Shown: positions 1-10,463 of the stretch, one piece after another
Layout of the letters: every line of letters begins with the position of its first letter
Position numbering within the stretch: position 1 is the stretch's first letter
NCBI GenBank assembly: GCA_038153405.1
Contig: JAYOYH010000001.1
Location: 192,156-256,155 of the forward strand
Reading direction: 5' to 3'
Origin: Gemmatimonadota bacterium
GTDB lineage: Bacteria; Latescibacterota; UBA2968; UBA8231
DNA length: 64,000 bases
Made by a program: the position numbers and the translations under genes
The notes under the pieces: generated by a model
Told to the model about the DNA's origin: nothing
Seen by the model: the letters and a program-made list of their open reading frames with translations, nothing else
The model's database searches: none

Positions 1-2
1 GA

Positions 3-728
3 GTGGAGAAACAGATTAACCTCACGCGCTTTCAGGGATGTGAAACGTGCCGTTCGACGGGTGCTGCGCCCGGGGCCAGCCGCGAGAAATGTTCCACCTG
101 CGGCGGCGTTGGGCAGGTCCAGCAGGTGGCGCGCACCTTATTTGGTCAACAGATGACCGTGACGGCTTGTCCAGCCTGCGGCGGTGAGGGCAGCACCGTC
201 ACCGAGCGCTGTGACGACTGTAGCGGGGAAGGCCGCGTGCGCGGTCAGACGCGGTTGACCGTGCGCATTCCGGCCGGCGTCCAGGAAGGCAACTACATTC
301 CGCTGCGTGGCCAGGGCGAAGTCGGGCCACGCGGAGGCCAGGCCGGCGATTGCCTTGTATTCATAGAAGAGAAGGAAGACGCGAAATTTACCCGCGACGG
401 CAACGATATCATCCTGCAACTCCCCGTTAGCTTCGCGCAGGCCGCGCTCGGCGCCGAGGTCGAAGTGCCGACGCTGCAGGGGCAGGCCATGCTAAAAATT
501 CCGGCGGGCACGCAGGCCGGTCGGATTTTTCGCATGACGCGCAAGGGGCTACCCGACGTCAACGGACGCAGTGTGGGCGATCAATTGGTGCAGGTGCTGT
601 TGTGGACCCCGCAGGAATTGAGCCGGGAGGAGCGCGTGCTGTTTGAGGAGTTGGCCAAACTAGAGCAGGAACGCGTCCGCTCCGAAGGCGAGAGCTTTTT
701 CGATCGGATTCGCAAGGCATTCAGTTAA
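3..728 (+). CDS. dnaJ: Chaperone DnaJ, 5'-truncated by window edge
   Basis: Four CxxCxGxG-type zinc-finger repeats (CSTCGGVG, CPACGGEG, CDDCSGEG) and DnaJ C-terminal domain; upstream of prmA-rsmE. Confidence 0.95.
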   Translation: MEKQINLTRFQGCETCRSTGAAPGASREKCSTCGGVGQVQQVARTLFGQQMTVTACPACGGEGSTVTERCDDCSGEGRVRGQTRLTVRIPAGVQEGNYIPLRGQGEVGPRGGQAGDCLVFIEEKEDAKFTRDGNDIILQLPVSFAQAALGAEVEVPTLQGQAMLKIPAGTQAGRIFRMTRKGLPDVNGRSVGDQLVQVLLWTPQELSREERVLFEELAKLEQERVRSEGESFFDRIRKAFS

Positions 729-778
729 ATTTGACCGTGTCGCACAGCCGTGCGGCATATTTGCAACTGGGAACGGCC

Positions 779-1603
779 ATGCAGTTTTTCTCCAAAAAGA
801 AGCAGACCGACGGCGGGGTGCCCAGAACGCTCTTTGCCGAAGGGCCGCTTGCCGATGTGCGCAACGCCGTGGCTATTGCCAGCGGTAAGGGCGGCGTTGG
901 CAAGTCGACGCTCAGCATCAACCTGGCGGTGAGCTTGGCCGCTCAGGGCGCTGCTGTAGGTTTGCTCGATGCCGATATATATGGTCCCAGTATTCCGCTG
1001 ATGGCGGGAGTGAGTGGAGAGCCGGCCCTGGCCAACCAACAGAACCTGTTGCCGGTCAAGGCGCACGGCATCAGTCTGATGTCGATCGGTTTTATCGCCG
1101 GTAGAGATGCCCCCGTTATCTGGCGCGGTCCTCTCCTGGCGCGCGCGCTACAGCAGTTTCTCCACCAGGTCGAATGGGGCGCACTCGACTACTTATTGAT
1201 CGACTTGCCACCGGGAACGGGCGATATACCGCTCACGCTGAGTCAGTCCATTGCCCTGTCGGGTGCCGTGGTTGTAACCACGCCGCAGAGCGTGGCATTA
1301 GAAGATGTCGAGCGCGGCATGGCCATGTTCGAGAAAGTAGAAGTCGATGTGCTCGGGGTGGTGGAAAACATGAGCTACTACCTGTGCCCCAACTGCGATA
1401 AGCGACACGAAATATTTGGCAAGGGAGGCGGTAGCGCCGCGGCCAAGCGCAACGGCGTTCCCTTTTTGGGCGAAGTTCCGCTGCTCGCGGCCATACGCTC
1501 TGCCGGAGATGGGGGACGCCCCGCCGCTCTGGAAAAACAGTACGAGTCGATATTCGCTCCCCTTGCTACCGGCCTAGTCGAACAGCTGCGCTCGCTCGTC
1601 TAG
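779..1603 (+). CDS. mrp: Mrp/NBP35 (ApbC) Fe-S carrier ATPase
   Basis: ASGKGGVGKST, DADIYGPS, WRGP, DLPPGTGD, VENMS and CPNC motifs; ATG 779 preferred over TTG 731. Confidence 0.92.
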   Translation: MQFFSKKKQTDGGVPRTLFAEGPLADVRNAVAIASGKGGVGKSTLSINLAVSLAAQGAAVGLLDADIYGPSIPLMAGVSGEPALANQQNLLPVKAHGISLMSIGFIAGRDAPVIWRGPLLARALQQFLHQVEWGALDYLLIDLPPGTGDIPLTLSQSIALSGAVVVTTPQSVALEDVERGMAMFEKVEVDVLGVVENMSYYLCPNCDKRHEIFGKGGGSAAAKRNGVPFLGEVPLLAAIRSAGDGGRPAALEKQYESIFAPLATGLVEQLRSLV

Positions 1604-1691
1604 TTCCTCGTTTCAACGCCCTTAACGCCCCCTGTCGCCCCCTTGTTCGGCTTGCCACCCATTTGCCGACCTCACTATCTTAGCTACTACT

Positions 1692-2555
1692 ATGGAGCGG
1701 AGCTGGCATTCTCTACATATCCGTCTACCTGTCGCTTTCGTCGAAGCCATTAGCGCGCTGTGCTTTGATATGGGTAGCTGTGGCACGGAAGTCGATGACG
1801 CGGGAGAGCAGGCGCAAATAAAAGCCTACTTTCCCGCCGACTGCGCCGTGGGCACAATCGAAGCAGAACTCTGCTCATTTGCCGAGATGATCGGCGCAGG
1901 GGAAATCGCCATAGAGCGCGTCGAGGTGGCCGAAGCAGATTGGGAAGCGGAGTGGCGCCGCTTTTTTCGTCCCGTTTGGGCCACGCCCAATGTCGTTATT
2001 CACCCCTCGTGGATTCCCGTTGACGCCGGCGATGCGCTGGCGATCATAATCGATCCCAACATGGCCTTTGGCACGGGCGGGCACGAATCGACCCAGCTGT
2101 GCCTACAGGCGTTGGAGAGCCGTGTAAAAGCGGGGATGCGCTGCCTCGACTTGGGTACGGGCAGCGGCGTGCTGTCCATTGCGGCAGCACAGTGGGGGGC
2201 CGAGCACGTCCTGGCGCTGGACATCGATCCCACTGCAGTGGATAACGCGCGCATGAACGCAGAGCTCAACGGCGTCTCGTCTTCCCGCGTCGAAGTGCGC
2301 GTCGGTAGCATAGGCGACTGCGATAGCGCAGCGCCGTGCGATTTGATCGTCGCCAACATCCAGAGCCACGTATTGTTGCCCATATTAACCGACGTGCGCG
2401 ATTGTACGGTGATCGGAGGCGCGGCCATCTTCTCTGGCCTATTGGTCCGCGAGCGCGAGGCATTCTGCGCCGGCGTAGAAGATGCGGGTTTTGTCGTAGA
2501 AGAAGTCGCAGGCAAGAACGAGTGGATCTGCGTCGCGGCGCGCCGGGCGATATAG
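1692..2555 (+). CDS. prmA: Ribosomal protein L11 methyltransferase
   Basis: DPNMAFGTGGHESTQLC, LDLGTGSGVLSI, VANI motifs. Confidence 0.95.
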   Translation: MERSWHSLHIRLPVAFVEAISALCFDMGSCGTEVDDAGEQAQIKAYFPADCAVGTIEAELCSFAEMIGAGEIAIERVEVAEADWEAEWRRFFRPVWATPNVVIHPSWIPVDAGDALAIIIDPNMAFGTGGHESTQLCLQALESRVKAGMRCLDLGTGSGVLSIAAAQWGAEHVLALDIDPTAVDNARMNAELNGVSSSRVEVRVGSIGDCDSAAPCDLIVANIQSHVLLPILTDVRDCTVIGGAAIFSGLLVREREAFCAGVEDAGFVVEEVAGKNEWICVAARRAI

Positions 2556-3316
2556 TGGCGGCGTTTTGGGTGGATAGCAGCGACGTTTTCGACGGGCAAC
2601 TCGTGCTGCGCGGAGAGGAAGCCCACCACGTGCACAAGGTTCGCCGCCAGCAGATCGGGGACTTTATCGACGCGGTCGATGGCGAGGGGCATTCGTATAG
2701 GGCGCAGTTAGTGGAGATCGGGCGCGATCGAGTCGTCGCCGCCGTAGTTGAGCATGGCGTCGACACGGGCGAAAGCCCGGTGCGCTTTGTGCTGGCCCCC
2801 GCCCTGCTCAAGGGGCAGCGCTTTGACTTCGTCGTGGAAAAGGCAACGGAGCTGGGCGTTGCCGCGATTTGGCCCACGCTGAGCGCGCGCGGCGTCGCGC
2901 GCGCCGGTTCGGATGCCAAGGTAGAGCGATGGCAGCGCTTAGCGCGGGCTGCCGTAAAGCAGTGTGGGCGCAGCCGATTGCCCCAGCTGAAACCCCCTGA
3001 GGCATTCGACGTTGTCGTCAGGCATCTAATCGAGTCCTGCGACGTCGTCTTTATGGGCGCGCTGAGCGAAAGCGGCACGGCACGCGTGGGCATAGGGGGC
3101 GAAGAGGCGGTCTCTTCCGCCGGCTTGCTGATCGGCCCGGAGGGCGGGTTCTCTCCCGGAGAGATCGCATTGGCCCAGGGCTTGGGCGTGCGCACTTTTT
3201 GCTGGGGCGAGCGCGTGCTGCGCGCCGATACGGCCAGCATCGTGCTATCGGGTTTGTTGTTGAGCGCCTGTGCGCGCAGTACTCACACCAGTGGAAAGGC
3301 GATCTATGGGGACTAG
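2555..3316 (+). CDS. rsmE: 16S rRNA m3U1498 methyltransferase
   Basis: [32 protein letters not shown] 2555 overlaps prmA stop. Confidence 0.93.
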   Translation: MAAFWVDSSDVFDGQLVLRGEEAHHVHKVRRQQIGDFIDAVDGEGHSYRAQLVEIGRDRVVAAVVEHGVDTGESPVRFVLAPALLKGQRFDFVVEKATELGVAAIWPTLSARGVARAGSDAKVERWQRLARAAVKQCGRSRLPQLKPPEAFDVVVRHLIESCDVVFMGALSESGTARVGIGGEEAVSSAGLLIGPEGGFSPGEIALAQGLGVRTFCWGERVLRADTASIVLSGLLLSACARSTHTSGKAIYGD

Positions 3317-3758
3317 CATTTTGGTGCTGCACGGTCCGAACCTCAATTTGCTGGGCGTTCGAGAGCCCGATGTCTACGGGCGGGAAACGCTGGCCGATGT
3401 CGACCGACTCGTGTGCGCAGAAGGCGAGTCACTTGGCGTTCGCGTGCACTGCTTTCAGTCCAATATCGAAGGCGAGTTAGTCAACGCCCTGCACGCAGCG
3501 CGCGAACGCGATGCCGGCGTCGTTATCAATCCGGGTGCTTTGACCCATTACAGCATTGCGCTGCGCGATGCTGTGGCCGGTATCGGGCTGCCCTGTGTCG
3601 AAGTACACCTTTCCAACGTGCACGCACGCGAGGCCTTTCGCCACCACTCGGTTATCGCCCCGGTTTGCCTGGGCCAAATCGCCGGCTTCTCCCTGCACAG
3701 CTACGTATTGGGGCTTCGCGCTCTGGTGCACCATCTGAGAGAGAACGATCGTGCGTAA
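3306..3758 (+). CDS. aroQ: Type II 3-dehydroquinate dehydratase
   Basis: [41 protein letters not shown]. Confidence 0.96.
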   Translation: MGTSILVLHGPNLNLLGVREPDVYGRETLADVDRLVCAEGESLGVRVHCFQSNIEGELVNALHAARERDAGVVINPGALTHYSIALRDAVAGIGLPCVEVHLSNVHAREAFRHHSVIAPVCLGQIAGFSLHSYVLGLRALVHHLRENDRA

Positions 3759-5097
3759 ACTTGCTCTCATCGCCTTTTCGGCGTGGCTGGCATTGCCGCT
3801 GTGGGCCGGGCCAACGCTGCGCGTAAACCGTCCGCAGGTCAATGTGCGCGCCGATGCGACGGTGCAGTCTGCGCGCATCGCCGTGTTGAGCAGCGGCGAG
3901 CGCGTGGAAAAAGTCGAAAACAAAGACGAGTGGAATCAGGTGCGTCTGTCCGATGGCCGGTTGGGATGGTTGCACGGCGACCTGGTACAGGAGCTGTGGA
4001 CGGTCACGGGTGAGAAGGTGCGCGTGCGGGCTTCGGGATCTACCGCGGCGGCCACGGTGGCCCTCGTTGAGCGCGGCAGCGAACTGGCCGTATTGGACAA
4101 GCGGGGCAACTGGTTCGAAGTCGACTTGCCGGATGGCCAACGAGGGTGGATTTGGCGGGAACTGATCGAGCCGCTACAGATGGCCACTGCGATCGCTGTG
4201 CCGCCCGCCGTCGATGACGACGAACCAGCCGTTGCTCAGGTCGTCGCCATTGAAGCATCTGAGGCTGTCGACGATGCGTTGGATGAAGAAGAGCTGCCCG
4301 AGGGGAGCATTCTCAACCCCTATGCCGAAGGGCTGCAGCGGGAAGCGGAAGGCGATTATCGCCGAGCGTTAGAACATTTTGAGGCCGTTCTTAGAGAAGA
4401 TCCCAACCACCTGCGCGCCCTGCTGCACGCGGCGCGCGCCCATCGCGAACTCGGTCAATTCGACGCGGCGCTGGCCAAGCTCTACCGAGCCGCTGAGGCC
4501 GGCGAAGGCCGCCGCGAAATGGCAGATTTGTACCGGACCATTGGCCAGATCGATAGCGCTGCTAAATACAGTGCGCTGGCGCGCGGAGAGACATGGCAAG
4601 AGAAGGCCGATGTCGAGCGCACCCCGGAGTTTACAGCAAGCGATGTGGAAGATTGGTGGATCTATGCCGTGGCAGGTGGAGTCGGTCTATGCGCTCTGCT
4701 CGCGGCGTTTTTCCTCCTATCGCGCCGGAAAAAGAGCGCCCCGGCCGTCGAGCAGACGCCGCGCACCAAGTTTGCGCGCGCTATGGAGCAAGCCCGTCCA
4801 CAAAACCTGCCTAAGGACAGCGGCGAAGAGCGCGAATTAGAGCGCCAAATAGAGGAAAAGAGAGAGGCCCTGCGCGACAGTGCACGCGCTTTTATTGGCG
4901 AGGGAAGTGGCGGCGTTGGCGCCGACGAGGATGCGCTGTTGGATGGTTTGCTAACGCAGCTGGAAGGGCTGCGCAAGGCGCTGGACGCCCAAGACGAGCG
5001 CGCGCGAATCTACGCCGAGCTCGTGCGGTTGCAGAATGCCAAAATCGAGACGATGGAACGAGAGCTACAGCTGCTGCGCCGACGCCGTAGGAGCTAG
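3751..5097 (+). CDS. Membrane-anchored protein: signal peptide, two bacterial SH3 domains, TPR region, TM helix, coiled-coil tail
   Basis: VNVR...W..V...DG..GW repeats; [21 protein letters not shown]-like helices; hydrophobic segment followed by RRKK. Confidence 0.75.
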   Translation: MRKLALIAFSAWLALPLWAGPTLRVNRPQVNVRADATVQSARIAVLSSGERVEKVENKDEWNQVRLSDGRLGWLHGDLVQELWTVTGEKVRVRASGSTAAATVALVERGSELAVLDKRGNWFEVDLPDGQRGWIWRELIEPLQMATAIAVPPAVDDDEPAVAQVVAIEASEAVDDALDEEELPEGSILNPYAEGLQREAEGDYRRALEHFEAVLREDPNHLRALLHAARAHRELGQFDAALAKLYRAAEAGEGRREMADLYRTIGQIDSAAKYSALARGETWQEKADVERTPEFTASDVEDWWIYAVAGGVGLCALLAAFFLLSRRKKSAPAVEQTPRTKFARAMEQARPQNLPKDSGEERELERQIEEKREALRDSARAFIGEGSGGVGADEDALLDGLLTQLEGLRKALDAQDERARIYAELVRLQNAKIETMERELQLLRRRRRS

Positions 5098-5669
5098 AAG
5101 TTGTAGGTTACGCGCAGGAGGGGATCGCCGTCGCTGCTGGCGCCCAATTCGGGAAAGACGCGCCGCGTCGCCTTGCGCGGTATGAGCGAAACGCCGAGAC
5201 TGCCAGCGGATAGAACGGCGGTAGACCAGCCGTAGATTCGCGCCCGGGAGGCCTTGTCGTCGAGTTTCTGTGCGCGCGATAGCTGTCCGTGCTCTCGGTT
5301 TAACTCGGCCTCTTGCTCGTTGTCCGATGCGCGGTCAAACTGCAGCCAGGAGAGCAGGCCAAAGGCCACGGCACCGCCCATGAAGCTGATATAGGGGAAT
5401 TCGGTTATAGTGATGGTTTTTGCCCCGCCTCCCAAGGATTCCAGCGTGACTATTTTATCGATTTCCGTGCGCTCAAAGGTGAAGATTTTCTCCTCCACGC
5501 GCATAATGATGAGCTCGGAGCCCTTTTCGACCAATTTCCCCTCGACTAGGGTGCCGTCACCCAAGTAAAGGCGCGTGTCGGCGCGTTCGGGACCAGCCGT
5601 CTGAGCGATCGCGGGAAAGACGAACAGCGAGAGGGCGAGCAGAGTGCAATACGTAATGTTGCGCATCAT
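5094..5669 (-). CDS. Hypothetical exported/membrane protein
   Basis: AGGAG upstream of ATG 5669; signal peptide MMRNITYCTLLALSLFVFPAIA; two hydrophobic segments. Confidence 0.7.
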   Translation of the reverse strand: MMRNITYCTLLALSLFVFPAIAQTAGPERADTRLYLGDGTLVEGKLVEKGSELIIMRVEEKIFTFERTEIDKIVTLESLGGGAKTITITEFPYISFMGGAVAFGLLSWLQFDRASDNEQEAELNREHGQLSRAQKLDDKASRARIYGWSTAVLSAGSLGVSLIPRKATRRVFPELGASSDGDPLLRVTYNF

Positions 5670-5731
5670 GATTCGAACTCCTACAAGGTGCATTCGGCAG
5701 GTCAAGCCGAAATATACGAGGCAGATACCCC

Positions 5732-7054
5732 GTGTCAATAGATGAGACTTCCAGCCAACAGCCGCGTTCCCCTTCTTTCGCAGATATGACGATTGAGGCG
5801 CTGCGCGCGCTCTCGATGGATTGGTCTGAAGATTCACCCGAGTGGTCTTTATTGGAGCGCGACGCGCGGGTCGGTGTGCGCCGCCTCGCCGTTCAAGCGC
5901 GCAAACGCTGGGCGCGCGAACGGGCCGAGCGAGCCCGCCGCGTCGAATTATTGCAGTTCGAGCAGCGCCTGTGGGGACGCGGTGTAGAGTGGGTCGCCGG
6001 AGTGGATGAGGCCGGGCGGGGCTGTTTGGCCGGCCCGGTGGTCGCGGCGGCGGTGATCCTGCCACCCGATGCCGAATTGCCGGGACTGGACGATTCAAAA
6101 AAGCTATCGCCGCGCCGCCGCGAGGAACTCTTCGATGCAATACGAGCACAGGCTGTTGCCACTAGTATTGCAGAGGTCGACGCGCAAGAGATCGATCGCA
6201 TCAATATTCTACAGGCTTCACTCAAGGCGATGCGCGAAGCGCTCGGTGCTTTGCAAACTGCTCCCCAACACGTGCTCGTCGACGGCCACGTGCGACCGGG
6301 GAGCGCGTTTGAGGAGACCGCCCTGGTCGATGGCGACGCGCGCTCCCTGTCCATCGCCGCCGCATCGGTGCTGGCCAAAGTGTATCGCGATCGCCTAATG
6401 GTAGAATGGGACGCGCGCTACCCGGACTATGGCTTTGCCGGTCACAAAGGATACGGCAGTCCCGACCATATGGCCGCCTTGCGCAATCGCGGTCCCTGCC
6501 CGCTGCACCGGCGCAGCTTTGCCCCCGTAGCCGAGCGATTGCAGCCGGTGCGGTCGGCCGCCTACGCTAGTTTTGCTGAGGGGATTGGTGCCGCCGAATC
6601 GCCGGGTGAATTGGAGCGCATGGCCCACTTTATCAAGGAGGCCAGCGGCGCTCTCGTCGACGATGAACTGCGCGCTCTGCGCAGTGTGTACCGCGCGCGT
6701 CAGGCTCAGCTACAGGACATCGGTCGCCGGGGCGAGGCACGTGCCGAACGATACCTAGTAGAGGCCGGTTATGCAGTGCTTGAAAGGCGCTACAGAGGGG
6801 CAGGCGGCGAGATTGACCTGATCGTTTTTAGAGGGGACGAGTGCGTTTTCGTCGAAGTGAAAGCGAGTGCGCGCATAGATGGTTACGCTCCCGAGGAGCG
6901 CGTCGATAACCCCAAGCGCCAGCGCCTCATCCGCGCGGCCAGGCAGTACGCGAGTGCCAATACGACACCGGTGAACTATCGCTTTGACGTCATTGTGGTG
7001 GCGCTGGACGGAGAGGAAGCAGTAGAACACTGGCCGGATGCGTTTCGACCCTAG
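5732..7054 (+). CDS. rnhB: Ribonuclease HII fused to a C-terminal YraN/UPF0102 nuclease domain
   Basis: [34 protein letters not shown]; then GRRGE, EIDLIV, FVEVK, YRFDV; start could be 5786. Confidence 0.9.
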   Translation: MSIDETSSQQPRSPSFADMTIEALRALSMDWSEDSPEWSLLERDARVGVRRLAVQARKRWARERAERARRVELLQFEQRLWGRGVEWVAGVDEAGRGCLAGPVVAAAVILPPDAELPGLDDSKKLSPRRREELFDAIRAQAVATSIAEVDAQEIDRINILQASLKAMREALGALQTAPQHVLVDGHVRPGSAFEETALVDGDARSLSIAAASVLAKVYRDRLMVEWDARYPDYGFAGHKGYGSPDHMAALRNRGPCPLHRRSFAPVAERLQPVRSAAYASFAEGIGAAESPGELERMAHFIKEASGALVDDELRALRSVYRARQAQLQDIGRRGEARAERYLVEAGYAVLERRYRGAGGEIDLIVFRGDECVFVEVKASARIDGYAPEERVDNPKRQRLIRAARQYASANTTPVNYRFDVIVVALDGEEAVEHWPDAFRP

Positions 7055-8730
7055 CGCATGGCCCTGAGCTCTTGCAGCGTCAGTGGGACGTGGGGTAATG
7101 CCCAGCCGCGTTCGCGCAGACGTGCGGCTACAGCAGTGGCCGTTGGCGGCAGTAGCTGGCTCAGCTCGGTTAGGTCTTCTCTGCTCAGCACGCTGCGCGT
7201 CGGCCCCTGCAACACGACGCGGCCCCGGCACAGGGCGGTCGTATAGTCGGCCAATTGTGCGACGATATCCATATCGTGCGCGATGAGTACGATGGCTTTC
7301 CCGTCGGCGGCCAGTTGGGAGAGCAGCGCGCACAGGCTGCGCGTCGAGGAGGGATCGAGGCCGGCCGTAGGCTCGTCGAGCACCAGCACGTCCGGATCCA
7401 TCGCCAATACGCCGGCTAAGGCGACGCGGCGCTTTTCTCCTCCGCTTAACTCCATGGGTACGCGCGGTCCAAAGTCCTCAATGGGCAGGTTGACCCAGGC
7501 TAGTGCCTGGTCTACGAGGGCTGCGACGCGCTCTTCAGAATAGCCCATATTGCGCGGTCCAAAGGCCACGTCTTCCGCTACGCTGTCGGCAAAGAGCTGC
7601 AGTTCGGGAAATTGAAAGACGAGGCCTACGCGGCGGCGCGTTTCGATTAGGGGGCGCGTCCAGATGTCGCGCTCGTCGAGCAAGACGCGGCCGCCCTGTG
7701 GTTTAAGCAGGGCGTTTACGTGCTGGGCGAGAGTGCTTTTGCCCGAACCGCTCGTCCCGACTAAGGCGTGGATGGTTCCGCCGACAAAGCGGGCGTCGAC
7801 TGTGCATAGGCTTAACTGAGTTTGCGCTACGTGGGCGTCATAGGTGTGCGATACGGCATCGATTTGCACTTGAACTGCCCCCGGCAGGATGGGGCGGCCT
7901 GTATCGCTTGTCGCGGGTGCGGAGGGTTGAGTGGCTGCAGCCTTCCAATTTTCCACTACGTGTTCTAGCGTGCAGCCGCTGGTGGCCGCTGGTTCGTCCG
8001 CGTAGAGCAGGCGGGCAAAGGGCGCTTCCAACCCGGCCGCGTGCAGTCGCTCGACGTCGGCATAGACTTCTTCGGGTGGACCGTCGAGAAAGACGCGGCC
8101 GTAGCGCAGTGCGATTATACGCGCTGCGCTAGTGGCTTCGTCGGGTAGTTGGGTGATGAGAATGGTCGCGATGCCGTAGGTGTCGCGCAGCGATTGCAGT
8201 AGATTGACTACCTGCAGGCGGTGCTGAGGGTCGAGTAGGGCGGTGGGTTCGTCTAAGACTAGATAGCGCGGCTGCATGGCGCTTGCTGCCGCAATGGCAA
8301 GGCGCTGCTTTTCGCCCCCGGATAGGCGATTGGGTGCGCTATGGCGATGGGAAAGCAGGTCGAAGTCGCGCAGGGCGCGTTCGATGCGCGTGTGCATTTC
8401 TTCGCGGGAAAGCGACAGATTTTCCAGGCCAAAGGCCAATTCGCTTTCCACCGTCGTGGCGACCAACTGGTCGTCGGGGTTTTGGAACACCATGCCAACC
8501 GTGCGCCGAATTGCCGGTAGCTGGTTGTGATCTGCCGTCGACATGCCGTCGATGAGCAGCGCGCCAGCCTGCGGAATCAGGAGCCCATTCAGACAGCGCG
8601 CCAGCGTCGTTTTACCCGAGCCATTGGCACCGATAATGGCCACAGATTCACCGGGGGCAATCTGCAGATTGATGTCCTGTAGCACGGGGGTGTCGCCGAA
8701 GTGAAATCGCACATCGCGTATGTCGATCAT
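7051..8730 (-). CDS. ECF transporter ATPase with two fused ABC domains (EcfA1-EcfA2 type)
   Basis: Two Walker A ([16 protein letters not shown]), FQNPDDQ/FQFPELQ Q-loops, LSGGEK signatures, LDEPT. Confidence 0.88.
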   Translation of the reverse strand: MIDIRDVRFHFGDTPVLQDINLQIAPGESVAIIGANGSGKTTLARCLNGLLIPQAGALLIDGMSTADHNQLPAIRRTVGMVFQNPDDQLVATTVESELAFGLENLSLSREEMHTRIERALRDFDLLSHRHSAPNRLSGGEKQRLAIAAASAMQPRYLVLDEPTALLDPQHRLQVVNLLQSLRDTYGIATILITQLPDEATSAARIIALRYGRVFLDGPPEEVYADVERLHAAGLEAPFARLLYADEPAATSGCTLEHVVENWKAAATQPSAPATSDTGRPILPGAVQVQIDAVSHTYDAHVAQTQLSLCTVDARFVGGTIHALVGTSGSGKSTLAQHVNALLKPQGGRVLLDERDIWTRPLIETRRRVGLVFQFPELQLFADSVAEDVAFGPRNMGYSEERVAALVDQALAWVNLPIEDFGPRVPMELSGGEKRRVALAGVLAMDPDVLVLDEPTAGLDPSSTRSLCALLSQLAADGKAIVLIAHDMDIVAQLADYTTALCRGRVVLQGPTRSVLSREDLTELSQLLPPTATAVAARLRERGWALPHVPLTLQELRAMR

Positions 8731-8739
8731 GGCCAGGCA

Positions 8740-8768
8740 AGAATAGAGCGTTGGCCGGTGGACGTCAA
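8740..8768 (-). promoter_or_regulatory. sigma-70-type promoter for the ECF ATPase
   Basis: TTGACG-N17-TATTCT on minus strand, 9 nt before the ATG. Confidence 0.55.
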
Positions 8769-8856
8769 GGTGCCTTTGGTTGACATTGGCCGTGTTGTTG
8801 GTTTATTTAGGGCAAGAAGTTAGCGTCTATTGGCTATGGCGTACTACAGTATGTAC

Positions 8857-8890
8857 TGCTCCGCACCTACTGGCGGGGCTTTTGTTTTTT
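8857..8890 (+). terminator. Terminator-like hairpin upstream of the hydrolase gene
   Basis: GCTCCGC-8 nt-GCGGGGC stem followed by TTTTGTTTTTT. Confidence 0.5.
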
Positions 8891-8917
8891 GCCCTTCGTG
8901 CCGACGAGGAGTTGGAG

Positions 8918-9751
8918 ATGAAAAAAATCCTGCACATATGGCTATTCGGCTGTGCGTTAGTCCTGGCGGGATGCGGCAATTCAGACGACTATGGCGTCGA
9001 TATTACCGGTCCAGAAGTCAGCACGGGCCCCGGCCGCGTCTATCCCATAAGCGAGGTGAGCTTTCTCTCCAACGACGGCGTGCCCATCAGCGCGCTCTAC
9101 GGCGTGCAGGCTGCCGCCGAGCGGCTGCCTGTCGTCATTCTCTTGCACGATCTGGGCGGAGCCAAGGAAGAGTGGCTATCGACTACTGATCTCTTTGTCG
9201 AATTGCTGGCGCGCGGCTATGCCGTCGTGGCGATCGATATGCGCGGGCACGGGCGAACGCCGCTGCCCGAAAGGCGACAGGTGCTGCTGGTCGAGGATTT
9301 GGAAAACAGTTTCCTCGACGTCCACGCCACGCTCAGCTGGCTGTTGGGACAGAGGGCGGTTAACCCCAACCGCATTGCCCTTATCGGCACCGGCTCTGGC
9401 GGCAACGTGGCTTATGTTAGCTCGGGCGTTTTTCCACAGCAGATCAAAACCAGCATATCCCTATCGGCGGGTCTGTGGGAAGCGTCTTCGCTGTCTCCGC
9501 TGGTCATCGGCAACGGCATCGAGCCCTTTGGTCCCCGTTCTATGCTGTTCCTCGTCGGTGGTCTAGACGCGCTACAAGGTCCCGATATCGTGCTGAGCTA
9601 CGCGGACTTTGCCCGCAACTTGGCCGCTGCCACTGCAGAGCCCAAATCGCTTCGCATTTTTCAGAATTCCTCCGCTCACGGCGTCGACCTAATTAACGAA
9701 GTGCCCGAGGCCAAGGACCTGCTTTTCCTCTGGTTGGAGAACAACCTCTAA
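8918..9751 (+). CDS. Alpha/beta-hydrolase-fold lipoprotein
   Basis: GAGGAG RBS; lipobox LAGC; VILLHD, YAVVAIDMRGHG, IALIG, distal Asp and HG. Confidence 0.8.
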   Translation: MKKILHIWLFGCALVLAGCGNSDDYGVDITGPEVSTGPGRVYPISEVSFLSNDGVPISALYGVQAAAERLPVVILLHDLGGAKEEWLSTTDLFVELLARGYAVVAIDMRGHGRTPLPERRQVLLVEDLENSFLDVHATLSWLLGQRAVNPNRIALIGTGSGGNVAYVSSGVFPQQIKTSISLSAGLWEASSLSPLVIGNGIEPFGPRSMLFLVGGLDALQGPDIVLSYADFARNLAAATAEPKSLRIFQNSSAHGVDLINEVPEAKDLLFLWLENNL

Positions 9752-9770
9752 GCAGTGCAGGCCGACGTGC

Positions 9771-10463
9771 ATGACAGGTCACCCTTCAATCTGTGTTATT
9801 ATTCCGGCCTTTAACGAAGAGCGGGCCATCGGTAAGGTCCTCGATGAAATCCCTGCAGCCGTCGCCGCAATCATCGTAGTCGATAACGGCTCCACCGATC
9901 AGACGGCTTCTGTTGCGCGCCAGCGCGGGGCCACGGTCGTGCACGAGCCCATCAGAGGCTATGGCCGCGCCTGTCTGCGCGGTATGGCCGCCTTGGGCGA
10001 TCCCGATATCGTCGTTTTTCTCGACGGCGACTACAGCGACTTCCCGCAAGAAATGCCTTCCCTCTACGAGCCCATTGCTGCTGGACATGCCGATATGGTT
10101 ATTGGTTCGCGCGTGCTGGGAGAGCGAGAGCGCGGTGCATTGCTGCCGCAGGCGCGCTTTGGCAATTGGTTGGCAACCCGGTTGATCCGCTGGTTGTACG
10201 GCGTATCCTTTACTGACCTAGGGCCATTTAGGGCCATTGACTACGGAGCGCTGCGGCGATTGCGGATGTGCGATGGTGACTTTGGTTGGACGGTGGAAAT
10301 GCAGGTAAAGGCGGCGCGCCTTGGCCTGCGCTGTGCAGAAGTGCCGGTCCGCTATCGCAAGCGCATTGGCACGTCAAAAATCAGCGGAACAATTAGCGGA
10401 TCGCTGCGCGCTGGGCACAAAATTCTTTGGACCATTTTTCGCCACCTTGGCCATGGTGAGTAG
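9771..10463 (+). CDS. GT2 glycosyltransferase (DPM1-like)
   Basis: IIPAFNEE, VVDNGSTD, FLDGD, TDLGPFRA, VPVRYRKRIG. Confidence 0.9.
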   Translation: MTGHPSICVIIPAFNEERAIGKVLDEIPAAVAAIIVVDNGSTDQTASVARQRGATVVHEPIRGYGRACLRGMAALGDPDIVVFLDGDYSDFPQEMPSLYEPIAAGHADMVIGSRVLGERERGALLPQARFGNWLATRLIRWLYGVSFTDLGPFRAIDYGALRRLRMCDGDFGWTVEMQVKAARLGLRCAEVPVRYRKRIGTSKISGTISGSLRAGHKILWTIFRHLGHGE

